A DNA stretch of 64,000 nt from Sedimentisphaerales bacterium (GCA_049510335.1 JBEKZA010000005.1:10763-74762), one strand, 5' to 3'. Shown: positions 19,164 to 29,235, counted from the first letter of the stretch. A program made the numbers and translations. The notes: generated from the letters alone by a model not told the origin.

Positions 19164-22100
19164 ATGAAAGACACGGTAAGGATATTTTGCTCGCTTGGGA
19201 GGGCCGGGGTTTGCTTGCTGGCATTATGGCTTTCGGCGTTGCCGGGGCTGTGGTGTGACACAGCATTGGCGGCGCCGGTCGGTCCGGACCGGGCACACAA
19301 GATGGTGAAAGCGTGGCTGGCGAAGAATGCGAGGCCTATGGGCAGCCGGCTCGGCAACCAGGTCGAAAGTGTTGAAACGTTCACCGATGAGCAGGGCCAG
19401 CCCGTTTACTATGTTGTTTATCTGCGACCCAACGGATTTGTGATAGTTCCTGATGAGGATCTGATTGAGCCGGTCGTGTGCTTCTCATCGGGAGGCAGTT
19501 ACGACTCGTCAGACCGCAATCCCTTGGGCGCTCTGGTCAGCCGGGACCTGCCGGGCAGGGTGAATGCGGCAAGGGCGATTCAGAAGAAGACCGTCGCCGG
19601 CCAGGCGGAAGGAGGCCTTGCGGGGCAGAAAGTCGCCGTGCCGGATTCAACAGAGAAAGCTCTTGGCAGGTGGAGAAAATTGCTTGCCGACGAAGGTAAT
19701 TCACCTGGGTTGAAAACCGGGTCTGGGAGTATTTCAGATGTTCGGGTTGCGCCGCTTTTGCAAACCAGGTGGGGACAGGATACTACCGTCTGCGGGAACG
19801 TGTGCTTCAATTACTACACGCCGCCGTATGGCCCGGGAGATGCAAACAATTACTATAGTGGGTGTATAGCGACTGCGATGGCGCAGTATATGCGGTTTTG
19901 GCAATATCCCACGGCTGGAGTGGGGGCCGGGTGTTTTACGATATCCGTTGATGGCCATCCCAAGACCAGGTGTCTGCGCGGCGGCAACGGCGTGGGCGGG
20001 GCATACAATTGGAGTGAGATGGTGCTCGTTCCTGATTGCAGCACGACGCTGACGCAGAGACAGGCAATAGGCGATCTTGCCTACGACGCGGGCGTTGCCG
20101 TGGGAATGGATTACGAGTCGGATGGGTCCTCCGCATACACATCTGATGCCGCTGCGGCGTTAGTCGGCACGTTTGGTTACAGCAACGCGATATATGGTTA
20201 TAACAATAGCAGCGACCTCGGCGCCGCCCTAAACGGCATGGTCAATCCGAATCTTGATTACGGCAACCCTGTTATATTGGGCATTTCCGGTCCTGGCAGC
20301 GGACATGAAGTTGTTGCCGATGGTTATGGATATCAAAGTTCGGTGCTGTATCATCATCTGAATATGGGCTGGGACGGCGATTATGATGCCTGGTATAATC
20401 TGCCGAATATCGACGACTCGTATTCTTCATATAACGTTGTTGACGAGACAATTTACAACATCTACATCAGCGGGACTGGCGAGATTATAAGCGGACGGGT
20501 TACGGCTGCCGGTTCAGGTGCGCCGATTTCCGGTGCGACGGTAACCGCCCTGAAAACCGGCGGCGGAACATACCAGGCCACGACCAATTCTAACGGCATT
20601 TACGCAATTGCCAACGTCCCGTCAAATTCAACTTACACGGTGAGCGTTACCAAATCCGATTATTCTTTCACAAGTCAGGCCGCAAGCACCGGCTTGTCTC
20701 AGGATTCCCATGCGGTATCGGGGAACTGTTGGGCGGTTGATTTCACGGGCATAACGACGGAACCGATACCGGTTGCTTCAGATTCAACGGCCACTGTTGG
20801 TTCAGGAGCGTCCGGGATTATTGCGATGCAGGCCAGCGACGATGGTCAGCCCAATCCACCTGGTGCGCTTACCTACATAATCACATCACTGCCCAGCCAC
20901 GGGACTCTGGCTGACCCTGGTGCCGGCCAAATCGATAGCGTGCCTTATTCGCTGGTCAATTTCGGCAATGATGTTGTTTACACGTCAGTTACGGGCTATA
21001 CGGGTCCTGACAGCTTCCATTTCAAGGTCAACGACGGTGGCAGTCCGCCGACGGGCGGGAATTCGAACGTGGCTACCGTCAGCATAACCGTCCAGGGGCC
21101 GTCGCCTCAGGTCATTTATGAAACGCACTTTGATACGGGGCTGCCGGCCGGCTGGACGATTGTAGATGGCGGCAGTTCGTCAGATACCTGGCGGTCAGAC
21201 AACCCAGGGGGGTGGAGCAGTCCGTACTGGACCGGCGTGTTTATGATTGTTGACAGCGATTACGCCGGACCGGTCGATATGGATGAACAGTTGATAACTC
21301 AAAGTATTGACTGCACAGATTTGTCCGGTGTCAAACTCAGGTTTGAGCACGACTTTTATCATGATTATAAAGAGATTGGTGATGTGGACGTTCGCATAAA
21401 TGGCGGGGTATGGCGGAACATAGCGAGGTATCAGAAAGCCGATTACGCAGGGCTGGTGGAGCTTGCCCTGTCAGGTTTTGGGGCGGACGGCGACCCAAAT
21501 GTGCAAATTCGATGGCATTACTACAATGCCAATTATGACTGGTACTGGGGCATCGACGATGTTCAGATAATCGCCTCACATATTGTTCCGACAGTCGCGG
21601 TCAAGAAATGTAGTGTCGCCGCAGGCAGCAATTATAACAGCGGCGCGATTTCATTTTCAGGTACGATGAACGCCATCACGGGTCACATGTCAGCCGCCAG
21701 CGCTGTCGAGGTTACTGTTGATTCCAACGATATGATTAGTCCCTGCGTTCTAACCTTTCCCATTAACGACAAGACCTTTAAGAAAGGCAATTATAGTTAT
21801 TCGGGGACCGAGAACGGGGTAAGGAAGTCCTTTACATACAATTTGAAGACCGGCAAATTCACCTTTGCGGCAAGTAACGTCAACCTGTTAGGTCTTGGCT
21901 GTCCGATGACTGTAGCGATTAAAGTAGGCGATTACGTCGGCGTGGCTGATGTGAACGAAGCGATAATAAATAAGCCGATACCCATAAACCTGATGATGGA
22001 GGTAAAAGACGTCCTGAGGGTTGACAAGATTAAGGTCAATAAGCCGAAGAGCAATCAGTTGTCGGTCACAGGCGGCTTCGCGGTTGACGACCCGGCCGTG

Positions 22101-22355
22101 AGTATGGCGAACAGGATCAGCGAGGGCCTTGTCGTCACTTTAGGCGCACAGCAGTTCACCATACCCGCCAATGAGCTTAGTGTCGGGGCAAACAAATTTA
22201 CCTGCCGAAATGCCCATGTAGCCGAGGGCGGTTTTGCCACTGCCGATTTCAATTTCAAGACGTGCGTTTTCACCCTGACAATAAAGAACACCCAGATTGT
22301 GGCCGACCCCTCCACCGCGGACTTTGGTGTTGAGTTCTTTGGCTTTAGCGAGTGA
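19164..22355 (+). CDS. Large secreted multidomain cysteine peptidase, family C10 (streptopain-like)
   Basis: Signal peptide. TRWGQ...YYTP...GCIATAMAQYMRFWQYP (catalytic Cys block) and GHEVVADGYG (His block). Followed by a carboxypeptidase-regulatory-like fold (ISGRVT...YTVSVTKSDYSF), an Ig/cadherin-like segment, a MAM/choice-of-anchor-J-like segment (GWTIVDGG...WGIDDVQI) and beta-rich C-terminal repeats. Confidence 0.85.
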   Translation: MKDTVRIFCSLGRAGVCLLALWLSALPGLWCDTALAAPVGPDRAHKMVKAWLAKNARPMGSRLGNQVESVETFTDEQGQPVYYVVYLRPNGFVIVPDEDLIEPVVCFSSGGSYDSSDRNPLGALVSRDLPGRVNAARAIQKKTVAGQAEGGLAGQKVAVPDSTEKALGRWRKLLADEGNSPGLKTGSGSISDVRVAPLLQTRWGQDTTVCGNVCFNYYTPPYGPGDANNYYSGCIATAMAQYMRFWQYPTAGVGAGCFTISVDGHPKTRCLRGGNGVGGAYNWSEMVLVPDCSTTLTQRQAIGDLAYDAGVAVGMDYESDGSSAYTSDAAAALVGTFGYSNAIYGYNNSSDLGAALNGMVNPNLDYGNPVILGISGPGSGHEVVADGYGYQSSVLYHHLNMGWDGDYDAWYNLPNIDDSYSSYNVVDETIYNIYISGTGEIISGRVTAAGSGAPISGATVTALKTGGGTYQATTNSNGIYAIANVPSNSTYTVSVTKSDYSFTSQAASTGLSQDSHAVSGNCWAVDFTGITTEPIPVASDSTATVGSGASGIIAMQASDDGQPNPPGALTYIITSLPSHGTLADPGAGQIDSVPYSLVNFGNDVVYTSVTGYTGPDSFHFKVNDGGSPPTGGNSNVATVSITVQGPSPQVIYETHFDTGLPAGWTIVDGGSSSDTWRSDNPGGWSSPYWTGVFMIVDSDYAGPVDMDEQLITQSIDCTDLSGVKLRFEHDFYHDYKEIGDVDVRINGGVWRNIARYQKADYAGLVELALSGFGADGDPNVQIRWHYYNANYDWYWGIDDVQIIASHIVPTVAVKKCSVAAGSNYNSGAISFSGTMNAITGHMSAASAVEVTVDSNDMISPCVLTFPINDKTFKKGNYSYSGTENGVRKSFTYNLKTGKFTFAASNVNLLGLGCPMTVAIKVGDYVGVADVNEAIINKPIPINLMMEVKDVLRVDKIKVNKPKSNQLSVTGGFAVDDPAVSMANRISEGLVVTLGAQQFTIPANELSVGANKFTCRNAHVAEGGFATADFNFKTCVFTLTIKNTQIVADPSTADFGVEFFGFSE

Positions 22356-22487
22356 TTGGAAGTTATCCCGTCTTAATGAGCCATTTTCCTCCTGTTAAGC
22401 CCCATCGACGCAGTGGAACAGTTCTGTAAAAGTGAGCGCAAAGAAGCTGAATTATACGCTTAAACGCAACTGTATGATGAAAAAACG

Positions 22488-24527
22488 CTACTTTGTATTT
22501 GAAGACGGGCTGTTTTTATAGGATTGTAGTTGCTCTTGTATCTGACTCGCCATTTCGTTATTGCCAGCGCTAATTGCCAAGTTAAGTGCTTTCTCCGTTA
22601 TTTTTATTGCCTGGTCTAAATTGCCTGTCGCCGCATAAGAAGCCGCCAATTCGACAAGCACCTCAGGTTGATTGGGGTCTAATCGTAAAGCAAAACTGTA
22701 GTGTTCGATTGCAGGACGGTGTTGGCCTTCTTGGGCCAGAGCAAGAGCGAGATTTAAATGTGTATGAATAAGGTTTGGGTCAATCACCAGTGCTTCATTC
22801 CACTTTTGTATGGCTTCATTAATCTTTCCTTGCTCCCCATAAATTATTCCGAGATTGTTGAGCGCGGTTACATTGTCTGGTTGAATCCTTATGGCTTGTC
22901 TGAAATTTTCGGCAGCCAGTTCATGGTTGCCCATTCTGTAGTAAATATCCCCGAGCATATAATAGGCGCCGGGCAAATCAGGTTTAATTTTTAATGCTGT
23001 ATTAAAATGATTTACGGCCTCTTCGTAACGACCCTGCGCAGCAAAGGCCCGCCCTAAATTTGCATTAGCATTAGGATGGTACGGCTCCATTGCCAATACC
23101 TTTTCCCATTGGATAGCAGCTTCGTCGATTCTGCCCTGAGCCATTAACGCCATCCCCAAATTGTTCATCGCAGCCACATAATCCGGTTTGAGTTGCAAAG
23201 CCTTATTAAAATTTTCGACTGCCGAATCAAGTTCACCGTGCTCCTGGAGGCAACATCCGTAATTGTTGTATATGACGTAATTATTCCTTGTGATTTCGAG
23301 AGTGTGCCTGTAAAGCGTGCGAGTATTTTGCCAATAGGATAATTGTACCCGTGTACCAATCAGTAACGCGATTAGTGCTATAGAAGTTGTTAAGCCAATT
23401 AGGACTTTCTTATACTTCCATCCGGCAAGAAAGTCATCAATCCCCCAGGCAAGCATTATAAATATTCCTATTGATGGCAAATAGGTATACCGGTCAGCCA
23501 TGGCCTGCGAGCCCACCTGTACAACACCAATGACCGGAACGAGCGTCCCGAGATACCAGAGCCAGCCCACGAGAAGAAAACGCTTCTTCGAAGCCAAATA
23601 GAATACAACCGCTGTCATAAATACAATCACTGCGAAAGCAGCTATTGGCTGCCATAACGGCAAGTTACTGCCGGGATGAGGGTATAAAACAGCCAGCTTT
23701 GCAGGATAGAATAATTTGGCGATATAGCATATATAGGCAACGAAAGCGTTTGATATACGAGTCATCAAAGAATAGTTTTCGCCTCGTATCATTGCTCCGG
23801 CATGTTTCTGAACAACAAAAGTGATGGCCGAAGAAATCATCGAGAGCAAAAGCAACGGGAGCTTTTCGGCTATCAACCTCCAAAATGATCCTCTTTTGTA
23901 TTGTTGTCCCAATTTGAGACGTTCCAGCGGCCAATAATCCAGCAGAAGCAAAACAAGAGGCAAAGTCACCAGCATTGGTTTAGCCATCAATCCCATTATG
24001 AAAGACAAAACCACCAATACATATCTTTTGATAGTTGGATTTGTGGCGTATGTAATATAAGCTGCTATGGTCAGCATCCAGAAAAGGCCGCTCAAAACGT
24101 CTTTACGTTCAGCGACCCACGCGACAGATTCGATGTGCAAAGGGTGTAAGGCAAACGCCGCTGCGACAAAGAAACTCTGCCAGAGAGCTTTCGACATTTT
24201 GTTGAAAATCCAGAACAGCAGGAGGGTATTAGTAATATGGAACAGCAAACTAACCAAATGATGCCAGAAGGGGTTTGCTCCAAATAACTCGATGTCCAGC
24301 ATGTGACTCAGCCAGGTAAGAGGATGCCAGTTTGCTGTAAGGTCCGTTTCAGTAAAAGACCATACCACCCCATCTTTAGTGAGCCCTCTTAAAACCTGGG
24401 CGTTCCCGGTCACATAGTCATTGTCATCATAATCTACGAAACCATTATGCCTCATCGGCTCGTATGCGATAAAACTTGCCAGGGCCAGTGTCAGGCAAAT
24501 AAAGATGAGTTTGGCATTTAGTTTCAT
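22488..24527 (-). CDS. TMTC-like membrane protein: N-terminal multi-pass glycosyltransferase-C-like (PMT/DUF1736-type) domain plus C-terminal TPR repeats
   Basis: About 10 TM segments with DYDDNDYV near the N-terminus, then more than 7 canonical TPR units (A..NLG.A....G..EEAI..F..AL...P). Visibly AT-richer than neighbouring genes. Confidence 0.75.
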   Translation of the reverse strand: MKLNAKLIFICLTLALASFIAYEPMRHNGFVDYDDNDYVTGNAQVLRGLTKDGVVWSFTETDLTANWHPLTWLSHMLDIELFGANPFWHHLVSLLFHITNTLLLFWIFNKMSKALWQSFFVAAAFALHPLHIESVAWVAERKDVLSGLFWMLTIAAYITYATNPTIKRYVLVVLSFIMGLMAKPMLVTLPLVLLLLDYWPLERLKLGQQYKRGSFWRLIAEKLPLLLLSMISSAITFVVQKHAGAMIRGENYSLMTRISNAFVAYICYIAKLFYPAKLAVLYPHPGSNLPLWQPIAAFAVIVFMTAVVFYLASKKRFLLVGWLWYLGTLVPVIGVVQVGSQAMADRYTYLPSIGIFIMLAWGIDDFLAGWKYKKVLIGLTTSIALIALLIGTRVQLSYWQNTRTLYRHTLEITRNNYVIYNNYGCCLQEHGELDSAVENFNKALQLKPDYVAAMNNLGMALMAQGRIDEAAIQWEKVLAMEPYHPNANANLGRAFAAQGRYEEAVNHFNTALKIKPDLPGAYYMLGDIYYRMGNHELAAENFRQAIRIQPDNVTALNNLGIIYGEQGKINEAIQKWNEALVIDPNLIHTHLNLALALAQEGQHRPAIEHYSFALRLDPNQPEVLVELAASYAATGNLDQAIKITEKALNLAISAGNNEMASQIQEQLQSYKNSPSSNTK

Positions 24528-24769
24528 TTGGATTCAAACGCTCTTTAGTTCCATCGAACGATTTTAATGGCTAATCAAGGTACTTTTGAGAAACAGCTTC
24601 GCCTCACTGTACTGTGAGGGTTAAAAAACACTAATATTGCGATTCTTTCAAGAGAAGATATAGCTACACCCAAAGGGATCCCAGCCTTAGACCTTGAACC
24701 TGTCACTCGCTGGTGTTTGTTCTTGTAACTCCTGACGACTTGGTAAAATTCTTTTCCCGGACCCTTTTA

Positions 24770-24803
24770 GGGTTCGAATCCCCCTCTTCGGGGAAGCGAA
24801 CCC
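24770..24803 (-). terminator. Compound GC-rich hairpin immediately 3' of ssrA
   Basis: GGGTTCG/CGAACCC outer arms enclose a CCCC/GGGG inner stem. An A/U-rich stretch follows on the minus strand. Confidence 0.4.
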
Positions 24804-24805
24804 AA

Positions 24806-25161
24806 TGGAGGCGGGGGGATTCGAACCCCCGTCCCGGAATGCATCAAGACGAGCATACTACACACTTAGTCGTATTTTTGTTTTATCGCCTCCACGACAG
24901 GCAAACGACGGCCAATCGCTTTGGCTATTCCGGGATTGGTCTTAACCCATCGGCCCGAAAGCTCCGACGAGAGCAGCCCGCTATCTTACGCCCGAATCAG
25001 GCCCGCAGGCGCGACCTGAAAGGACGGGTTGCCTAATTTAGGCAGCCATTTGCAACTGGTAGTTGCCAATTAAATTTAGTGCCGGAATGATTAGCCAGGC
25101 CAACCGGCGTCCTGGGTATGCAGCTCGACTCTCCGACATCCGGTCGAAGCCATTCGCCCCC
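24806..25161 (-). ncRNA. ssrA: tmRNA (SsrA)
   Basis: 5' GGGGGCGAAUGGCUUCGACCGGAUG pairs with 3' ...GGACGGGGGUUCGAAUCCCCCCGCCUCCA, giving an acceptor stem with a G3:U pair, a T-arm and discriminator A. CCA is not encoded. The internal tag frame GGC AAC UAC CAG UUG CAA AUG GCU GCC UAA reads (A)GNYQLQMAA*. Confidence 0.9.
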
Positions 25162-25233
25162 TTATCCACTTTTCAAATATCCCGCTTTCAACCTATTATA
25201 CCATTAACCACGCTCTAAAACAAACTATGTGCG

Positions 25234-26358
25234 TCAGAAGTAGTATCGGCCTAAGTAGCCGATGATGACTTTCTTCACTTCGAGGGGGTCAATGGGACCC
25301 GGGTGACGATACAGAATTTCCCCGCCGGGTTTTACAATAACCGTGTAAGGAATGCCGCCCTCCCAGTCCTTGTCAACGGCTTCGCCCAATTCTGTCTTGT
25401 CTTCGCCGCTGAACTGGTAATTTTTGCACGAAACCTGTTTGTCTTTCAGAAATTTCAGGACATCGTCCTTTTTGCCTGCCACATCAGCGCTGATAGTAAT
25501 CATTTCGAATGGTCTGCCGCGATACATCCGGTTTATTTTGACAAGCTCAGGCATTTCGATGACGCAGGGGCCGCACCATGTCGCCCAGATGTTGATTAAT
25601 CGCAGTTTGCCTGAGTCGTTTTTCGCAATCGCCCGGATGCCGTTGGCGTCTATGAGGTTCACGTCAACCGGCTCTTTCGCCCAGTCGGCGAACGCCGTTT
25701 CGACCGATTTGCGTTTGTCAGCCCATTTGATAGTGCAGCCGAAGGTCTTGACTTTCTTTACGGTCACTTCCCGGCCTTCGAGTAAAGCATCTATCGCATC
25801 TTTTGCAAAACTCTTTTTGATTTTGGCGGGGTTGTCGTCGTTATCAATTGCGCCGGCGTATTGCAGTTTACGCTGCTTGTCGAAGATGAATACGTGCGGC
25901 GTGCTGACCGGGCCGTAGGCGAGAGAGACGCTTTGCGTCCGGCCGTCGTAGAGATAGGGGAAGTTGAATTTTCTTTCGGCTGCGCGCATTTTCATTTCCT
26001 CGAACGAATCACTCATATCGGTGAATCCCAATTCGTCGAGCCGGACCGCAAGAGGGTCGTTGGGCGATATTGCGACGAGCGCGACGCCTTTATCTTTGTA
26101 GTCGGCTGCGAGTTTCATAATCCGGTCCTCGTATGCCTGCGCGGTCGGGCAGTGATTGGCGGTGAATACGACGACAAGGATATTGGCGTCGGCGAAATCG
26201 GCGAGATGGTAATTTCGTCCATCGATGCCGGGCAGGTCAAAATCCGGCGCCTGTGCTCCTATTTCCAGAGGCGTGACGCCTTGCGGCCCCGCGGCAAACG
26301 CCGGGATAACAACGAATGACGAAACAATCATTATTAGGGTGAGCTTTTTACCGTTCAT
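25234..26358 (-). CDS. Secreted double thioredoxin-fold (redoxin/TlpA-like) protein
   Basis: GGAGG RBS before ATG 26358. Signal peptide MNGKKLTLIMIVSSFVVIPAFA. The first domain has ANHCPTA and the second has the canonical WATWCGPC. Confidence 0.8.
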   Translation of the reverse strand: MNGKKLTLIMIVSSFVVIPAFAAGPQGVTPLEIGAQAPDFDLPGIDGRNYHLADFADANILVVVFTANHCPTAQAYEDRIMKLAADYKDKGVALVAISPNDPLAVRLDELGFTDMSDSFEEMKMRAAERKFNFPYLYDGRTQSVSLAYGPVSTPHVFIFDKQRKLQYAGAIDNDDNPAKIKKSFAKDAIDALLEGREVTVKKVKTFGCTIKWADKRKSVETAFADWAKEPVDVNLIDANGIRAIAKNDSGKLRLINIWATWCGPCVIEMPELVKINRMYRGRPFEMITISADVAGKKDDVLKFLKDKQVSCKNYQFSGEDKTELGEAVDKDWEGGIPYTVIVKPGGEILYRHPGPIDPLEVKKVIIGYLGRYYF

Positions 26359-26554
26359 ATTCGAGCGACCTCCAGTCAAACGTTTTATCGATAAAAATGG
26401 GGTTTTCGACGCCGCCATAATAGACAATCGCATACGTATAATCAATCGGGAAGCAGAATAGGCCGTGTTGCTGGTTTTCTCTTTACTGTGGCCGCCCATA
26501 ATAGTATTAGTATTGTCGAAAACAATCCTTCAAGCTCTCTGAAAGGGTGAAATT

Positions 26555-27040
26555 ATGGCAAAGGCGTATGTTTATAAGCGGGACCATATAAATACGGATG
26601 AGATTATACCGGCCAGGTACTTGAATACCGACGACGAGAAGGAATTGGCCCGGCATTGTATGGAAGACCTAGACAAGGACTTCGTGAAGAAAATCCGTCA
26701 GGGCGACGTGATTGTGGCCGGCGATGACTTCGGCTGCGGCTCATCGAGAGAGCACGCCGTTTGGGCGCTCCGCGGGGCGGGCGTGCAGACCGTTATTGCC
26801 AGGACCTTCGCGAGGATATTCTACCGCAACGCGATAAACTGCGGGTTCTATCTTGTTGAAAGCAAAGACGCTGTCGAACGAATCAACAACGGCGACGAGG
26901 TGCAAATTGATTTTCAGGCCGGCATAATCGAGGACAGAACCACAGGCCAAAAAATCGAGTTTCAGCCGCTGCCCGATTTTGCGATGGAAATAATCAACGA
27001 CGGCGGGCTTTTAGAACATATAAAGAAAAGTAAAAAGTGA
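26555..27040 (+). CDS. leuD: 3-isopropylmalate dehydratase small subunit (LeuD/aconitase swivel domain)
   Basis: 161 aa with [11 protein letters not shown] and GCGSSREHA motifs. Confidence 0.85.
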   Translation: MAKAYVYKRDHINTDEIIPARYLNTDDEKELARHCMEDLDKDFVKKIRQGDVIVAGDDFGCGSSREHAVWALRGAGVQTVIARTFARIFYRNAINCGFYLVESKDAVERINNGDEVQIDFQAGIIEDRTTGQKIEFQPLPDFAMEIINDGGLLEHIKKSKK

Positions 27041-27054
27041 AAAGGAGACAAGAC

Positions 27055-28152
27055 GTGGCGAAGAGCAGTAAGAGTTACAAGATAGCGGTAGTGCCGGGTG
27101 ACGGGACAGGGCCGGAAGTGACGACGGAAGCGGTAAAGGTTGCTAACGCGGCGGCGGGTAAATTCGGCTTTAAGCTGGATATGACTAACTTTGACTTCGG
27201 CGGCGAAAGATACAAAAGAACCGGAGAAACACTGCCCGATAGCGCGATAGCGGAGCTGCGCAAGTTCGATTCGATATTACTCGGAGCGATTGGTCATCCG
27301 GACGTTAAGCCGGGGATATTGGAAAAAGGCATCTTACTGAAGCTGCGGTTTGAGCTTGACCAGTATATCAACCTTCGGCCCGTCCGGCTGTACCCGGGCG
27401 TTGAGACGCCGATAAAAGGCAAAGGGCCTGAGCAGATTGATTTTGTCGTGGTGCGTGAAAACTCCGGCGACGCGTATACCGGCACGGGCGGTATTACGAT
27501 GAAAGGAACGCCCCACGAGGTGGCGGTGCAGTCAGCGGTGTATTCACGGTTCCAGGTCGATAGATGTTTGAAATACGCGTTTGAATACGCAAAGAAAAAC
27601 GGCAAGAAGGCGCGAGGCAAGGGCGAGAACAATACACTTGCCCTTTGTGGAAAGACAAACGTCCTGACTTTCATTTATGATTTATGGGAGAGAGCGTTCC
27701 ACGAGATGGGACAAAAAAGCTATCCCAACATAAAGCGAGAGTATTATCACGTTGACGCGACGTGTATGTGGTTTGTGAAAAACCCGGAGTGGTTCGACGT
27801 AATCGTTACGGGCAATTTGTTCGGCGATATCATCACCGATTTGGGCGCGATGATTCAGGGCGGGATGGGTATAGCCGCAGGCGGCAACATCAATCCCGAA
27901 GGCGTCAGTATGTTTGAGCCGATCGGTGGCAGCGCCCCGAAATATACGGGCAAGGGCGTCATCAACCCGCTGGCGGCGATTTGCGCAGGCGGAATGATGC
28001 TCGAAACCCTCGGCGAACAGAAGGCGGCGACCGCAATCGAAGACGCCGTAAAATTCGTCACGGCCAACAAACTTAAATCCCTTGCCGCGGGAAAAATGGG
28101 TTACTCAACAAGCCAGGTTGGAGACCTCGTAGCGGAAAAAGTGAGTGGGTAG
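27055..28152 (+). CDS. leuB: 3-isopropylmalate dehydrogenase (isocitrate/isopropylmalate dehydrogenase family)
   Basis: [41 protein letters not shown] blocks. AAGGAG RBS before GTG 27055. The assignment within the family rests partly on adjacency to leuD. Confidence 0.8.
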   Translation: MAKSSKSYKIAVVPGDGTGPEVTTEAVKVANAAAGKFGFKLDMTNFDFGGERYKRTGETLPDSAIAELRKFDSILLGAIGHPDVKPGILEKGILLKLRFELDQYINLRPVRLYPGVETPIKGKGPEQIDFVVVRENSGDAYTGTGGITMKGTPHEVAVQSAVYSRFQVDRCLKYAFEYAKKNGKKARGKGENNTLALCGKTNVLTFIYDLWERAFHEMGQKSYPNIKREYYHVDATCMWFVKNPEWFDVIVTGNLFGDIITDLGAMIQGGMGIAAGGNINPEGVSMFEPIGGSAPKYTGKGVINPLAAICAGGMMLETLGEQKAATAIEDAVKFVTANKLKSLAAGKMGYSTSQVGDLVAEKVSG

Positions 28153-28182
28153 CTCAAAATTCGGATTTCGGATTTTTGGAAG

Positions 28183-29166
28183 ATGCCAGCGAATCTTACG
28201 CCTGATTATTTCAAGGCGGAGCAGTGGTACCGTCAGGCGACGACCGCGGAGGAGAAAATTCTTGCCCTTGAGCAGATGCTGGCGGTGATGCCCAAGCACA
28301 AGGGGACAGACCACCTCAAGGCGGACATCCGGCGCAAACTAAGCGCATTAAAGGAGGGCGAGGGAAAGCGGCATAAGAGCGCGGGAGTGGATATTTTCCA
28401 CGTTCCGCGGATGGGGGCCGGCCAGATAGTGCTGCTGGGAACGCCCAACAGCGGAAAAAGCTCGATTGTCGAGGTGCTTACTAACGCGAAGGTTCACGTG
28501 GCGGATTTCCCGTTTGCGACCAACTCGCCGGTGCCTGGGATGATTAATTTTGAGGGCGTTCATATTCAGCTTGTGGATATGCCGCCGATAACGGCCGATT
28601 TCATGATGCCGGGACAGGTGGGAACATACCGCAACTGCGATTTGATTGCGATTGTGATTGACCTGTCGGCAGATGTTGAAGAGCAATTACAGGTCTGTCT
28701 GGATTTTTTAGAGACGAGAAATTTGCTGCTGGATGAAAAAACGCAGGGACGCGATGAACATGGCAACTTTCTTGGCAAACGAGTGGTTTGTATATGCACG
28801 AAGACCGACATAGCCGGCGAAGGTGCGGCTGAAAAGGTAAAGGCGCTGTGCGGAAATCGTTTTGAGATTATTTCGGTTTCGGTAGAGTCAGGTGAAGGAA
28901 TGGGTGAGTTGCCGAGGGTTTTGTTTAAGCAGTTGAATATTATTCGGATTTACGCCAAGCCGCCGGGCAAAAAGCCGGATATGAATGACCCGTTTACGAT
29001 GCCCGTGGGAACAACCGTGCAGGACCTGGCTCGTGCGATTCATCGTGAGCTTGCGGAAAAGTTGAAGCACGCCCGGATTTGGGGGACGGACGTTTACGAG
29101 GGTCAGAGCGTGCAGAAAAACCACGTTTTGCAGGATAAGGACATCGTCGAATTGCACTTTTCGTGA
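28183..29166 (+). CDS. DRG/Obg-like GTPase with a C-terminal TGS domain
   Basis: N-terminal helical HKGTDHLKADIRRKLSALKE segment and G1 GTPNSGKS. DMPP sits at G3 and TKTD at G4. C-terminal TGS-like IIRIYAKPPGKKPD...HVLQDKDIVELH. Confidence 0.8.
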   Translation: MPANLTPDYFKAEQWYRQATTAEEKILALEQMLAVMPKHKGTDHLKADIRRKLSALKEGEGKRHKSAGVDIFHVPRMGAGQIVLLGTPNSGKSSIVEVLTNAKVHVADFPFATNSPVPGMINFEGVHIQLVDMPPITADFMMPGQVGTYRNCDLIAIVIDLSADVEEQLQVCLDFLETRNLLLDEKTQGRDEHGNFLGKRVVCICTKTDIAGEGAAEKVKALCGNRFEIISVSVESGEGMGELPRVLFKQLNIIRIYAKPPGKKPDMNDPFTMPVGTTVQDLARAIHRELAEKLKHARIWGTDVYEGQSVQKNHVLQDKDIVELHFS

Positions 29167-29235
29167 CCTGTCTTTATAATTGGTCTTCGAAGTTACCGTA
29201 TTTCCTTAGGCAGGATAAACCGCAAAGGAGGCGTT

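Noticed and set aside
24761-24803. GGGTTCGAATCCCCC T-loop-like sequence on the plus strand, considered as a possible tRNA
   Set aside because: I could not build a matching T-stem (TAGGG vs CCCCC), acceptor stem, or D and anticodon arms upstream. It is better explained as part of the hairpin following ssrA.
24713-25036. 107 aa plus-strand ORF across the ssrA locus
   Set aside because: It lies antisense to a well-supported tmRNA and its terminator. There is no RBS and the composition is Arg-rich junk.
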